Shown here: positions 18,083 through 27,262 of the stretch, piece by piece
Layout of the letters: every line of letters starts with the position of its first letter
How positions within the stretch are numbered: position 1 is the stretch's first letter
Assembly: GCA_016699935.1 (NCBI GenBank)
Contig: CP064992.1
Coordinates: 1 to 32,000 of the forward strand
Reading direction: 5' to 3'
DNA: 32,000 bases
Source of the DNA: Candidatus Saccharimonadota bacterium
GTDB taxonomy: Bacteria > Patescibacteriota > Saccharimonadia > Saccharimonadales > UBA4665
Position numbers and translations under genes: made by a program
Notes under the pieces: generated by a model
The model's database searches: none
Told to the model about the DNA's origin: nothing
The model's input: the letters and a program-made list of their open reading frames with translations, nothing else

Positions 18083-18103
18083 TAGTCAGCCTTTGCTGAC
18101 GTG

Positions 18104-18483
18104 TTAAGAAAGATACGAGTAAAATAATCCAACAAAAATTGCATAAATTATTCCTATAGCTGGTCGGTAAAAATAGTTGTTGTCACGGGTTATTAACTTC
18201 CCAATCTCGTCTATAAATACGCCAAATCCCACGCCACCTAGGAATGCAACCACCCTTTGCATGCTGCGTCCCAAAACGCAAAATTTAGCACAAATGCAGT
18301 CATCATAATAATACCGCCCCACAATACGTGTGCAATATGGTATTTGGTGCCACCGATACTTGGGTAACCAGTCACATGCAAATAAAATCGAAGTAACAAT
18401 ATGCTCGCAACCGCCGAAACAAGAAACAAATCAAAAAGTCCGCGCGAGGAGCTGCTACGAATAAATACTCTTTGCCACTGCAT
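18104..18483 (-). pseudogene. Hypothetical small membrane protein, one frameshift
   Basis: ORFs 18238-18483 and 18104-18322 join to ...HVTGYPSIGGTKYHIAHVLWGGIIMMTAFVLNFAF-LGRSMQRVVAFLGGVGFGVFIDEIGKLITRDNNYF... Confidence 0.45.
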
Positions 18484-18561
18484 GCTCGTAGTATAGCAGC
18501 CACGGCGTAAACGAAAACACCCGGCTTCAGCCGAATACTCCAGCGTTAAATCACTAAAATT

Positions 18562-18595
18562 CTACATATTTGTCCCAGCTGGGACAAATATGTAG
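18562..18595. promoter_or_regulatory. 34-bp perfect palindrome CTACATATTTGTCCCAG|CTGGGACAAATATGTAG
   Basis: Direct reading with no mismatch. It sits in the divergent region between the membrane-protein gene (start 18483, minus) and the kef-like gene (start 18679, plus). Confidence 0.5.
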
Positions 18596-18678
18596 GAAAA
18601 AGCTGTGCGCACATAAAAACGCTCACGTGCTCGGTTCCTGTTGCGCGAGGCGTAAGCAGTATGGGAGAATGAACTGTA

Positions 18679-20349
18679 ATGGAATCAACTATCTTTCTGC
18701 AACTGGCTGCCGTGCTCGCCGTGGCGGCAGGCGTTTCTATTATCATGCGCCTGCTTCGCCAGCCACTTATCATCGGCTACATCCTCTCTGGCATCATTTG
18801 CGGACCGGCCGCGCTCGACCTCATCCAGAACCATGAGGCATTTGAATCGTTTAGCCAAATTGGCATAGCGTTACTGCTGTTCATCGTCGGACTCGGGCTC
18901 AACGTTGGGGTCATAAAAATACCGGTAAACCAGTGTTCCTAATATTCCTACTCAATACGCTTCTCGTCGGCGGCCTCACTTACGGCGTTGGCAATCTCCT
19001 CGACTTGCCACGAAACGAAGCGCTTGTCTTAGCTGTCGCCATGCTGTTTAGCAGTACTATTGTGGTCGTTAAAAATCTCGTCGACAAACGCGAGCAGCAC
19101 CGGCCTCTACGGCCAAATTGCCATAGGTGTGTTACTGGTCGAAGACTTGGCCGCGACCATCGCACTCGTTTTTCTGGCGACCGCAAAAGACGGTGGAGGT
19201 GTCGACCAACTTTACGGGCTCATCGGCAAAGGTTTACTCCTAGGCGGTACGCTCACGTTTATCGGCTGGTTTGTCATGGATAAACTGGCGAAGTTTTTTG
19301 CGGCAAACCAAGAGTTTCTTTTCACCTTTGCCCTCGCGTGGGCATTTAGCGTTGCAGCGGTGTTTGATGTGAGCGGTTTTTCACTGGAAGTGGGCGCCCT
19401 GTTCGCGGGTGTATCGCTCGCCTCGCTGCCGTACGCACAAGAAATCAGTACGCGCTTGAAGCCACTACGTGATTTCTTTTTGGTTCTCTTTTTCATCAGT
19501 CTCGGCAGTACCATGACGCTAGGGGGTATGTCTGAGGCACTCGTTCCCGCCCTGCTTCTATCTGCTATTGCGCTTTTTGTGAAGCCGTTTAGCGTGTCAA
19601 CCGGCATGGGGCTGCTCGGGTTCACCAAACAAACCGGTTTCAAGACGGCCGCACATTTATCTCAAGTAAGCGAATTCTCTATCATCGTCATTGCACTCGC
19701 AGTCAGTGAGGGAATGGCCAGTGGCCGTATGCTCAACGCGTTGACACTCACAGCGCTTATCACCATCGACGCGTCAAGCTACCTTATGAAATACAATGAC
19801 GAGCTGTTTCGCTATTTTGCCCGTTGGCTATCAATGTTCGAGCGACGCAACGCATACGCGGATCATGGTAAAAGTCCCGACTACAAACTGTTTCTTTTTG
19901 GGTATAAAAAGGGCGGCCACGAATTTGTAAATACGTTTCGAGATATGAAGAAAAATACATTGTAGTCGACTACAACCCAGATGTTATCGAGACACTTGAG
20001 CGCCAGCACATTCACCACGTGTATGGTGATGCGCGACAGACTATGAGCTGCTTGAAGAACTGGCTATCGGCAAGGCTGAGATGATTGTCAGTATACTGCC
20101 AGGACAAACTACCAACAGAGAGTTACTGAAGTACTACCTTAGTAAAAATGCAAACGGGATATTCATCTGCCACGCTACCAGCTATGACCATGCCGCCGAA
20201 CTCTATGAACTCGGCGCCTCATATATCATGCTACCTCACTTCATAGGCGGCGAAAAATGAGCGCTTTCATCCGCGCTCACGGCAACGACAAAGCCGCTTT
20301 CGACACCTACCGCAAAAACACATCATCACTCTCGGCCAAGCCGCGATAA
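18679..20349 (+). pseudogene. CPA2 (Kef-type) cation:proton antiporter with C-terminal TrkA-N/RCK domain, at least five frameshifts
   Basis: The membrane domain spans ORFs 18679-18942, 18933-19283 and 19060-19965 (LYGQIAIGVLLVEDLAATIALVF, EVGALFAGVSLAS). RCK part: KKYIVVDYNPDVIETLERQHIHHVYGDA..DYELLEELAIGKAEMIV. The shifts are at A runs near 18925, 19955 and 20255, and near 19095 and 20035. The exact 3' end is uncertain (20349 or 20354). Confidence 0.8.
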
Positions 20350-20439
20350 CCTAGTTTTATTTTCAGGCGGGAGACATCAAACGATTAAACGTTCAATGTT
20401 CAAGTTGTCAAGAAACTATCATCACTCAACTTTCAACGC

Positions 20440-20757
20440 GCAGCCATGAGGTCCGCTAGAAATCATCGCGAAGCGATATAGCCAGAATAGAGGGTGATGC
20501 GCCGTGAGTGCTTTCCTCGACGCTGTAAGGGGTCGCCTCTTGGGGTACCGGGTGCATAACGACTGATTTGAAATTTCTTTTGGACTGCTTGCGTGACGAG
20601 AATGTTTGACCCTCGCTTAAAGGCGGGGAGTTTCGAGAGGAACCAAACAGGTCAAAAGAAATTTCAAGTAAGCCGGTCGTTTGCATTCTCCACGGCGGTT
20701 TACTCTCATTTTGTCCGTACAAATGAGCCGCCCAGCAGGTGCGGGAACCTGCGGAGG
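20440..20757 (+). repeat. Structured intergenic element, copy C
   Basis: Shares the TCGCG..AGCGATATAGCC block with A and B. Shares GGGGTACCGGGTGCATAACGACTGATTTGAAATTTC...AAGTAAGCCGGTCGTTTGCA with D. Terminal hairpin GCAGG-TGCGGGAA-CCTGC. The 5' boundary is approximate. Confidence 0.75.
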
Positions 20758-20817
20758 AATAAGAAGGTTAGTGAGAGTGTTATGTATTGTTTATACACAA
20801 ACGTCGAAAAAGCACAT

Positions 20818-20878
20818 GGATTCCCGCCTGCGCGGGAATGACAAGCGCGTGGAAGATTCTTCGATGCGTTCTTAATGA
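20818..20878. mobile_element. MITE-like modules: GGATTCCCGC-CTGC-GCGGGAATGAC hairpin plus GGAAGATTCTTC..GCGTTCTTAATGA half element
   Basis: 8-bp stem with a tetraloop. Same order and spacing as after copies A and B. Confidence 0.7.
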
Positions 20879-21013
20879 AAATAATAGGATTTTCTAACGC
20901 TTGAAATATGATACAATCTGAGTAATTACGAAAGCTTGTCGGGCATGCTTTATGCCGAGCGAGGATGTGGCACACAGTATAAAAATAACACCCTAACTTG
21001 AGGATTATATTGT

Positions 21014-21698
21014 ATGCCTAAAACGAAAAATTACCGCTACTATGACCTGGCGGTGGCGGCTAGTGTCGCGACGCTTATTATTTCCAACCTGGGTGCCATG
21101 AAACTTATCGCTATCGGCCCGATTATTTCTGATGGCGGGGCGCTGCTCTTCCGCTCGCTTACATACTGGGCGATGTTATGACGGAAGTGTACGGCTACAA
21201 ATACACACGCCGCGCCATTTGGGTGAGTTTTTCTGGCTTCTCGCTTATGATAGCCGTACTCACCGCAGTGCAAAGCGCTGCCCTCTGTCGCGGGCGCACC
21301 GAATGTAAGTGAGTTCAACACCGTCTTTGGTTTTGTGCCTCGTATAGTGGCTGCAAGCCTTGTGGCGTACCTAGTGGGCGAATTTGTAAATTCGTTTGTC
21401 CTTGCAAAATGAAAGTTCGCAGTCAAGGTAAGCGGCTTTGGCAGCGACTTGTTGCATCGACACTGCTCGGTGAGGCCATAGACACAACCATCTTCTGCAT
21501 GGTGGCTTTTATGGGCTTATTACAGGCAGCCAGATGGTAAATTACATATTGGTTGGCATCGTTTTTAAAGTAACCGTTGAATCCATAATGCTCCCCGTGA
21601 CCTACCGCGTTATAGCCTGGCTAAAGCACAAAGAAAACGAAGACCACTACGACAAAAAGACGAATTTCAACCCGCTCTCAGTTCAGTTAGACGACTAG
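21014..21698 (+). pseudogene. yhhQ: Queuosine-precursor transporter (YhhQ / DUF165, VUT family), several frameshifts
   Basis: MPKTKNYRYYDLAVAASVATLIISNLGAMKLIAIGPIISDGGALLF-PLAYILGDVMTEVYGYKYTRRAIW..., later PRIVAASLVAYLVGEFVNSFVLAKMKV and ...VTYRVIAWLKHKENEDHYDKKTNFNP in other frames. The first shift is at a C run near 21150. Confidence 0.75.
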
Positions 21699-21733
21699 CT
21701 GAGCTGGAATCATGAACTTTCGAATCATGAAAT

Positions 21734-22041
21734 GCGGCCGCAGGCCGCAAGAAAACCGTCGCGCCAGCGATATAGCTAAGACGAATGGCATGCGGAGTCA
21801 CCTGGCTCCATGTCAGTCTGCACACCCTGTCGTGCTTCTGCAACTTCCGTGGCGATTGGCAAAACTTGTTTGAGATGATGGAAGCGTGCCAGTGGCAACC
21901 TACCTTGGAGCGAAAGAAAAGTTTTGTCGGTTGCGAAACCCTGACAACCTGGTACCGATTGAGCGGGTTTCCTTTTTTGAGGCTCGCCCCCCTCTTTGCA
22001 TCAAAGCAAGCTGGTCGGCTTAGCAGCCCTGAACTGCCGAT
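21734..22041 (+). repeat. Structured intergenic element, copy B
   Basis: Collinear with copy A from the 5' hairpin GCGGCC-GCA-GGCCGC to the terminal hairpin CAG-CCCTGAA-CTG followed by CCGATG. Starts 36 nt after the yhhQ stop. Confidence 0.8.
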
Positions 22042-22091
22042 GAATTAAATTGAGTGAGGCTTTCAACTGCGCACAGTTACAAGCACAGCTT

Positions 22092-22147
22092 GGATTCCGG
22101 CAGCGCGGGAATGACAAGCCATGGCGGATTCTGCGCTTCGTTCGAAC
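22092..22147. mobile_element. MITE-like modules: GGATTCCGG-CAG-CGCGGGAATGAC hairpin plus GGCGGATTCTGCGCTTCGTTCGAAC half element
   Basis: Homologous to 20818-20878 and 11894-11977. Confidence 0.65.
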
Positions 22148-22194
22148 CGGCGGGTCGCCGCCGCTTCGCAGCGGTGCCTGCGGCAACAGTGAGT

Positions 22195-23412
22195 TTATGT
22201 ACGTCCGTGGTAGTACCGTGAGAGCCAGACGTCGCGGAAGGCGTAGAACGTGCCGTCTTCTATACTGGCGCGCATTTGATCAACAAGCCCCACAATGAAA
22301 TGCTCATTGTGGATAGACATGAGTGTATTTGCCAGTAGCTCCTTGGCGCGGAACAGGTGCTGCACGTACGCCCGGGTGTAATTTTGGCACGTATAACAGA
22401 GGCAGTCTTCGAGCAACGGGGTGAAATCTTCTTTGTACATGGCGCCGCGAATGTTCTTACGTCCTTCAAAAGTATAGAACGCACCGTTACGCCCAACGCG
22501 GGTCGGTGACACGCAGTCAAGCGTATCGACACCATTTTCAACCGCCGCAAACATGTCGTCCGGCTCGCTTATACCTAGCATGTGCTTTGGCCGGTCTTCC
22601 GGCAGTATCTCGTTGCACCACCGCACAATTTCACCCAGCCGTTGTTTTTCTATAGCCCCACCTATGCCATAGCCATCAAAATCCCGCTCGGCCATCCAGG
22701 CAGCGGTTTCGCGCCGTAAATCCTCGTAGTTTGCCCCCTGCAAAACTCCAAAAACGGCCTGGTAAGGTCTTTCTGGGTGCAGTGCGCGTAACCTTTGCAT
22801 TTCTTTTAGGCAACGTTCTGCCCACGGCTGCGTTCGAATGCGCATGGATTCGCATTGATATTCATAGCCGTCAAATAGTGATGTCAGCTCATCGAACGCA
22901 AAACACATATCGGCACCAATCCCGTGCTGTACCTGCATGCTATGCTCTGGTGTAAAACGGCGCATGGAACCGTCGAGGTATGACTTAAAGTTCACCCCGT
23001 CGTCATCTACCCAAGCCTGTCGCTCCTTGCGCGGCGCGATAACATCGTCGGCGACAATACCTTCCACTTCCATGCTGAGCGTTTTTTTGAAACCGCTGCC
23101 AAGTGAAAGCACCTGAAATCCACCGCTGTCGGTGTACGTCGGACAATTCCAGTTCGCAAACTTCGCCAGCCCACCCGCCTTCTCGATCAGTTCTTGTCCT
23201 GGCTGTAAATACAGGTGATAGGCGTTTGCCAGCATGACCTGGGCACCCGTCGCATGAACTTGCTCTGGAGTCATAGCTTTCACACTTGCCTTGGTGCCAA
23301 CCACAACAAACGCCGGCGTTTGTATGTCGCCATGCGGGGTATGAATCACACCCGTCCGAGCAAGAGTACCACTCAGCCGAGCTCGAACCTCGTAGTAAAA
23401 TGGTTTTTTCAT
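22195..23412 (-). CDS. tgt: Queuine/preQ tRNA-guanine transglycosylase
   Basis: From the internal ATG 23412: MKKPFYYEVRARLSGTLARTGVIHTPHGDIQTPAFVVVGT, TDSGGFQV, the zinc site CLCYTCQNYTRAYVQHL, and IHNEHF. The track ORF extends in frame to 23763 through a DUF475 C-terminal segment. Confidence 0.9.
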   Translation of the reverse strand: MKKPFYYEVRARLSGTLARTGVIHTPHGDIQTPAFVVVGTKASVKAMTPEQVHATGAQVMLANAYHLYLQPGQELIEKAGGLAKFANWNCPTYTDSGGFQVLSLGSGFKKTLSMEVEGIVADDVIAPRKERQAWVDDDGVNFKSYLDGSMRRFTPEHSMQVQHGIGADMCFAFDELTSLFDGYEYQCESMRIRTQPWAERCLKEMQRLRALHPERPYQAVFGVLQGANYEDLRRETAAWMAERDFDGYGIGGAIEKQRLGEIVRWCNEILPEDRPKHMLGISEPDDMFAAVENGVDTLDCVSPTRVGRNGAFYTFEGRKNIRGAMYKEDFTPLLEDCLCYTCQNYTRAYVQHLFRAKELLANTLMSIHNEHFIVGLVDQMRASIEDGTFYAFRDVWLSRYYHGRT

Positions 23413-24464
23413 TTTCAATTCGCCAGAATCAAGCTTCTGCCGGACGCGAACTGATGCTGCCATAGAAGCCCCGATTATACCTATACCTGCTAACCCTGGC
23501 ACCAGCTCCGGCACATGCCAAAGCGCGCTAAAGAGCATGATTAAAGCTAGAACAAACACCGTATAGTGAGCCCCGTGCTCTAGATAGACAAAGTTTTTCA
23601 GCGTCCCACGCCGCACCATAAAGACCGTCATGGAACGAACCCAAATAGCGCCTATGCCAAGTCCGGCTGCAATGAGGACAACGTTACTCGTAATAGCAAA
23701 AGCGCCGATCACGCCGTCAAAACTAAAGCTGGCGTCGAGTATTTCAAGATACACAAAACTCATAAACGCAGCCAGGCCTACCTGTTTTACGGCTGATTTT
23801 TTGCATCAATTCCTTGATATTTTTCTATAAACAATATTGCGCCGTGTATAAGCAGGTATGTAAGAGTTCCGAAGCCACCCGCCAGAAGCGTAGTTCTCGT
23901 GTGGGTGTTTACGGGCAAGGCAGCGACTGAAAATAGCACTGCGGTCGTAACTGCAGACGGCCACGCCCAATGCGTTAGTTTTTTCATATGTTTTTCTATG
24001 TGTTTGATCCACATAGTGTCACGCTCGTCGCTAAAGAAAAAGTGAAAAGCAAGCATCAGCAAAAATGCACCACCGTATGCCGAAATAGTTGGATGCGCTT
24101 CTTCTAGGTGATGAGCGTATTCCTTGGGGTTATTGAGCGCTAGATCAAGCACTGTTTTCCAGCCTAGGTCTGCCGTTATTGAAACAATGAGTATGGGAAA
24201 AATAACCCGCATACCAAAAATTGCAATAAAAATACCGACTGTCAGAAAAAGCATTTGCCAAAACGGACTCATTCGCTCGAGTATTTTGGCGTTAATGATG
24301 GCGTTGTCGAAGCTAAAGGTTAGCTCAACAATCATCAGTATAATAGTCACAAACAGGGCACCCCAGCCTAACCCCCAGACTATTCCTATCAGTGTCGCAA
24401 TGGTTGCAGAAACTGAAAAAGCAAATATACGGAACGCTGAGTGTGGGTGGAAAATATGTTTCAT
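23413..24464 (-). pseudogene. DUF475 (TerC-like) integral membrane protein: one frameshift and no stop codon before tgt
   Basis: N-terminal part is 23787-24464 (ELTFSFDNAIINAKILERM). The C-terminal part starts at 23763 (YLEILDASFSFDGVIGAFAIT...YLEHGAHY). The two join if the T run 23797-23802 (A run on the coding strand) is one base longer. The C-terminal part runs in frame into the tgt ATG. Confidence 0.7.
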
Positions 24465-24471
24465 TCTGGGT

Positions 24472-24500
24472 AGTATACAGATTTATGAGCCAAGAGTTAA
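24472..24500 (-). promoter_or_regulatory. Putative leaderless-type promoter of the DUF475 gene (TTAACT-N17-TATACT, 7 nt before the ATG)
   Basis: Minus-strand reading: -35 TTAACT (24500-24495, within AAGAGTT heptamers), -10 TATACT (24477-24472), ATG at 24464. Confidence 0.5.
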
Positions 24501-24525
24501 GAGCTGAGGAAAATTATGCTGGATA

Positions 24526-25452
24526 CTACAGCCATTTGTTTTTACGAAAGATGAGTACTGCGAGCGCTGAGAGCCCGAGCACTATGGCGAGCACGAACGC
24601 AAAAGCATACTGGTTATTCGCAAACGGTACCGCCACATTCATACCCCACAGCCCACCTACGATAGTTGGTATAGTAAGAAATATTGCGATTGATGTCAGC
24701 CGCTTGAAGGTCGCGTTCAGGTTCGTTGTGGCGATGGCATCGTAGGCCTGACGCATATTCACAAGCGTCCGTAGTCTTCCCTGCACCTGGCCGATAAGCT
24801 CGCCAGTACTGCGTTCGATATCTTCTATCATGTCGCGGTCGTCTTCGTACAGTCGCAAATACTTGCCGCCGAGCAGCGCATTGAAGAGCAGCGACTGAGG
24901 CTGAAGCGCAGAAAGAAATTCGTTTAGGTCCTCTTCGAGCTCAATGATTCGCACAAACTCTTTCGCACTCAGACGCGACTGGCGCAATTCGGCCCGAAGC
25001 TGCAAGACTCGACGAGCCACTTTGGTGAGGTGTTTTTCATAGGATTTGTTGATTTCGTCGAGCATCCATAGTACTGTTTTGGTTTTTTGGGTCGTGACGA
25101 ACTCGAGCTGGTCGTGAATAAGCCGGTCGAGAATGGTCGTATCTATCCGCGACAGCGTAAAAATGTAGTCGTTTGTATAGACAATCAGGAGTGGTTCGGT
25201 CGCAATCTCGACGCCTTCTGGGTGGCAATAACGTGTAAAAAGGTAAACTGCACCCTGATACGTTTCTATACGAGGCGCTTCATATATATCTATGGCGTCT
25301 TCCAGCGTATCACGGTCGAGTCCGTACGTATCGCTCAGCATATCCAGCTCTTTCTCGGATGGATTCGTCACCGCAATCCAGGAACCGACGCGAGGCGTAT
25401 CGAGTATTTGCAGCGCTCGTTCGCGCGCACGACTGTAATAAATCTGTACCAT
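24526..25452 (-). CDS. corA: CorA family magnesium/cobalt transporter
   Basis: 308-aa intact ORF. GMN motif (GGLWGMNV) between two C-terminal TM helices, plus the typical cytoplasmic N-terminal domain. Confidence 0.9.
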   Translation of the reverse strand: MVQIYYSRARERALQILDTPRVGSWIAVTNPSEKELDMLSDTYGLDRDTLEDAIDIYEAPRIETYQGAVYLFTRYCHPEGVEIATEPLLIVYTNDYIFTLSRIDTTILDRLIHDQLEFVTTQKTKTVLWMLDEINKSYEKHLTKVARRVLQLRAELRQSRLSAKEFVRIIELEEDLNEFLSALQPQSLLFNALLGGKYLRLYEDDRDMIEDIERSTGELIGQVQGRLRTLVNMRQAYDAIATTNLNATFKRLTSIAIFLTIPTIVGGLWGMNVAVPFANNQYAFAFVLAIVLGLSALAVLIFRKNKWL

Positions 25453-25613
25453 GCAAAATATTCCCTGAGCTCAAAAGCTCATTTAGTACCTATTACCGTA
25501 AGTGTAGCACACCGGTTTCATAAATGAAACCATAATATTGCTTTTTTTTGTATTTATTTGCTATAATATACTTTACTCGTGAATCTGTCGCGAGCAGAAG
25601 GAGTTTTTCGGGA

Positions 25614-26480
25614 ATGTTTTATGGAAAATACCGCCATGCATATGGTGGGCGACGTCATCGTTCTGCATCATATACACCTGCGCAGCACCACGCCTCCCTG
25701 TTCGTTTTTGTGCTGTTTCTGCTCGTATACGGCAATCTCTTCCGCGTCACCGGACAATTATTCCCAGCAGCCAGTATTGCACCAACGGCCTATGCGGCAA
25801 ACACGCCCGCCAAGCCACTAAGTCAGTCCCCCGTGACTCCACAAACACTCAGTACCGCAACCGCGGCCGGAGAGGCAAACACGCCCGCCGCAGCGACGAC
25901 AATTGAAGTACCTCGCAGCTGTACGAGTAGTGGTTATACTCTTCCTAGTGCTCTCAGTCTCACTGCAGCCGCCCCCGGCCTCACCACTGTCATAGACACA
26001 CCGACACACTATGAAGTTTACGGTTCAAGTCTACCTGCACTTCGCACTGCCATAGTCAATTGCCCTGCTCGCCGAGCCGCCGGGTCATACCACGCGCTCA
26101 CCGCGTATCAGCTGAACTGGGCCTATACACCGGTTGCCACAAGCGGCGTCTGCCGTCTAGATAACGTCCGGATCGGGTTACGCGTCAACCAATTCCTACC
26201 CGTTTTTTCACCCGGGAGCACTACACCAACATCGGTCGCTTCCACCTGGGACGCCTACAGCCGTGCTCTCAAAACTCACGAAGACGGCCACACCGCGCTG
26301 GATGTCGAGTACGCCACCAAGCTCACAACCGCACTGCAAAACGTGGGCGAAATGAACTGCGCCACTCTCACTCGCCAGACTCAAAGCATCATAGACAGCC
26401 ACGTCGCCATGCTCAACACCGCCAATGAACTATACGATAGTCAAACCAACCACGGCGCCACCCAGGGCGCGGTATTATAA
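25614..26480 (+). CDS. DUF922-like predicted secreted zinc metallopeptidase
   Basis: SD GAAGGAG lies 10 nt before ATG 25614. N-terminal TM, Ala/Thr/Pro linker, HExxH (THEDGHTALD), and the C-terminal ELYDSQTNHGATQGA typical of the family. A possible TTGCTT-N18-TATAAT promoter lies at 25538-25567. Confidence 0.7.
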   Translation: MFYGKYRHAYGGRRHRSASYTPAQHHASLFVFVLFLLVYGNLFRVTGQLFPAASIAPTAYAANTPAKPLSQSPVTPQTLSTATAAGEANTPAAATTIEVPRSCTSSGYTLPSALSLTAAAPGLTTVIDTPTHYEVYGSSLPALRTAIVNCPARRAAGSYHALTAYQLNWAYTPVATSGVCRLDNVRIGLRVNQFLPVFSPGSTTPTSVASTWDAYSRALKTHEDGHTALDVEYATKLTTALQNVGEMNCATLTRQTQSIIDSHVAMLNTANELYDSQTNHGATQGAVL

Positions 26481-26484
26481 CAAT

Positions 26485-27211
26485 ATGCCATCGATTAAAA
26501 CCCTTGATGAATACCAGCAACGGGCAGTTGGACTTAGACGCAACGATACCACTGAAGGCTGGGAGCAACTAAATGAATTGATTATTGGCGATGAAGGCAC
26601 CGAAGTTTTCACTCAGCACGGTGATTCATTTGCATTACTTGCTCCGAAAGGATTATGGAAACCCTACCAGATACTGATAGCTAGGCCAGCGACACGTTTT
26701 GGCATGGCAGAAGAAGTGGGTGATGTGCTGTGGGTTGCAGCAGATTCGTTAGCTCGAAAAGAAACAACTCTATCGTCGGCGGTGCGAACAGCTATGGAAA
26801 AACATAGCCTCGATCCCACGGAGTGTGAAACGATGGAACAGCTTGGAGCGGTGGCTTTGGCTGGCGCTGACAGAATTTCCGTTCCTACAAAAGACGCGTT
26901 AACCGATAGCAAATTTCGGGGTCCAAAAGAAATATCCCTGGCAGATAACCCATTCAGTGTATATCTTAGAACAGTCTTGCGTGTCATGAAAAGCCTCAAT
27001 CCTGATAATGTCAGTGAAGGACAACCGACAGCAATTGATTTTGAAGCCGCTCAGCCACTTGCTTTGTCGGTTGGCGAATTAGTACTAGCGACTGCATATA
27101 TTTTCGAAGCACGGCTTAAAAATACCAACTGCACTGGTAGCAGATTTTAATATCGTCAAGTTAGCCCATCGCAGAGAGTATGGCAAAGAACATGATATAA
27201 AAAAGCAGTAG
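26485..27211 (+). pseudogene. MazG-like nucleotide pyrophosphohydrolase domain protein, one frameshift near the 3' end
   Basis: LDEYQQRAV..., GMAEEVGDVLW. The C-terminal DFNIVKLAHRREYGKEHDIKKQ is in another frame after about 27130. The family call is moderate. Confidence 0.5.
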
Positions 27212-27262
27212 TTTGGTTCCAGAATGCCCTGCGGTCGTTGCGCGCCGTGTAAAACCCTTACT

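Noticed and set aside
20880-21013. preQ1 riboswitch upstream of yhhQ
   Set aside because: There is an A-rich tract with CCCTAACTTGAGGA near the start codon, but I could not form the P1 stem or the pseudoknot of preQ1-I/II with it.
21040-21426. 128-aa minus-strand ORF
   Set aside because: It is antisense to the frameshifted yhhQ gene, whose plus-strand fragments carry the DUF165 motifs.
20456-22298. Track ORFs inside the intergenic elements (20456-20722, 20593-20841, 20681-20875, 20706-20975, 21785-22048, 22001-22186, 22050-22298)
   Set aside because: None is conserved between element copies. They translate the palindromic repeats (DSRLRGNDK / GFPPARE type peptides), which are typical spurious products of such repeats.
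25453-25547. Mg-sensing M-box leader upstream of corA
   Set aside because: The divergent spacer is under 100 nt and holds only two short hairpins (GGTTTCA-TAAA-TGAAACC and GAGCT-CAAA-AGCTC). That is far shorter than an M-box.
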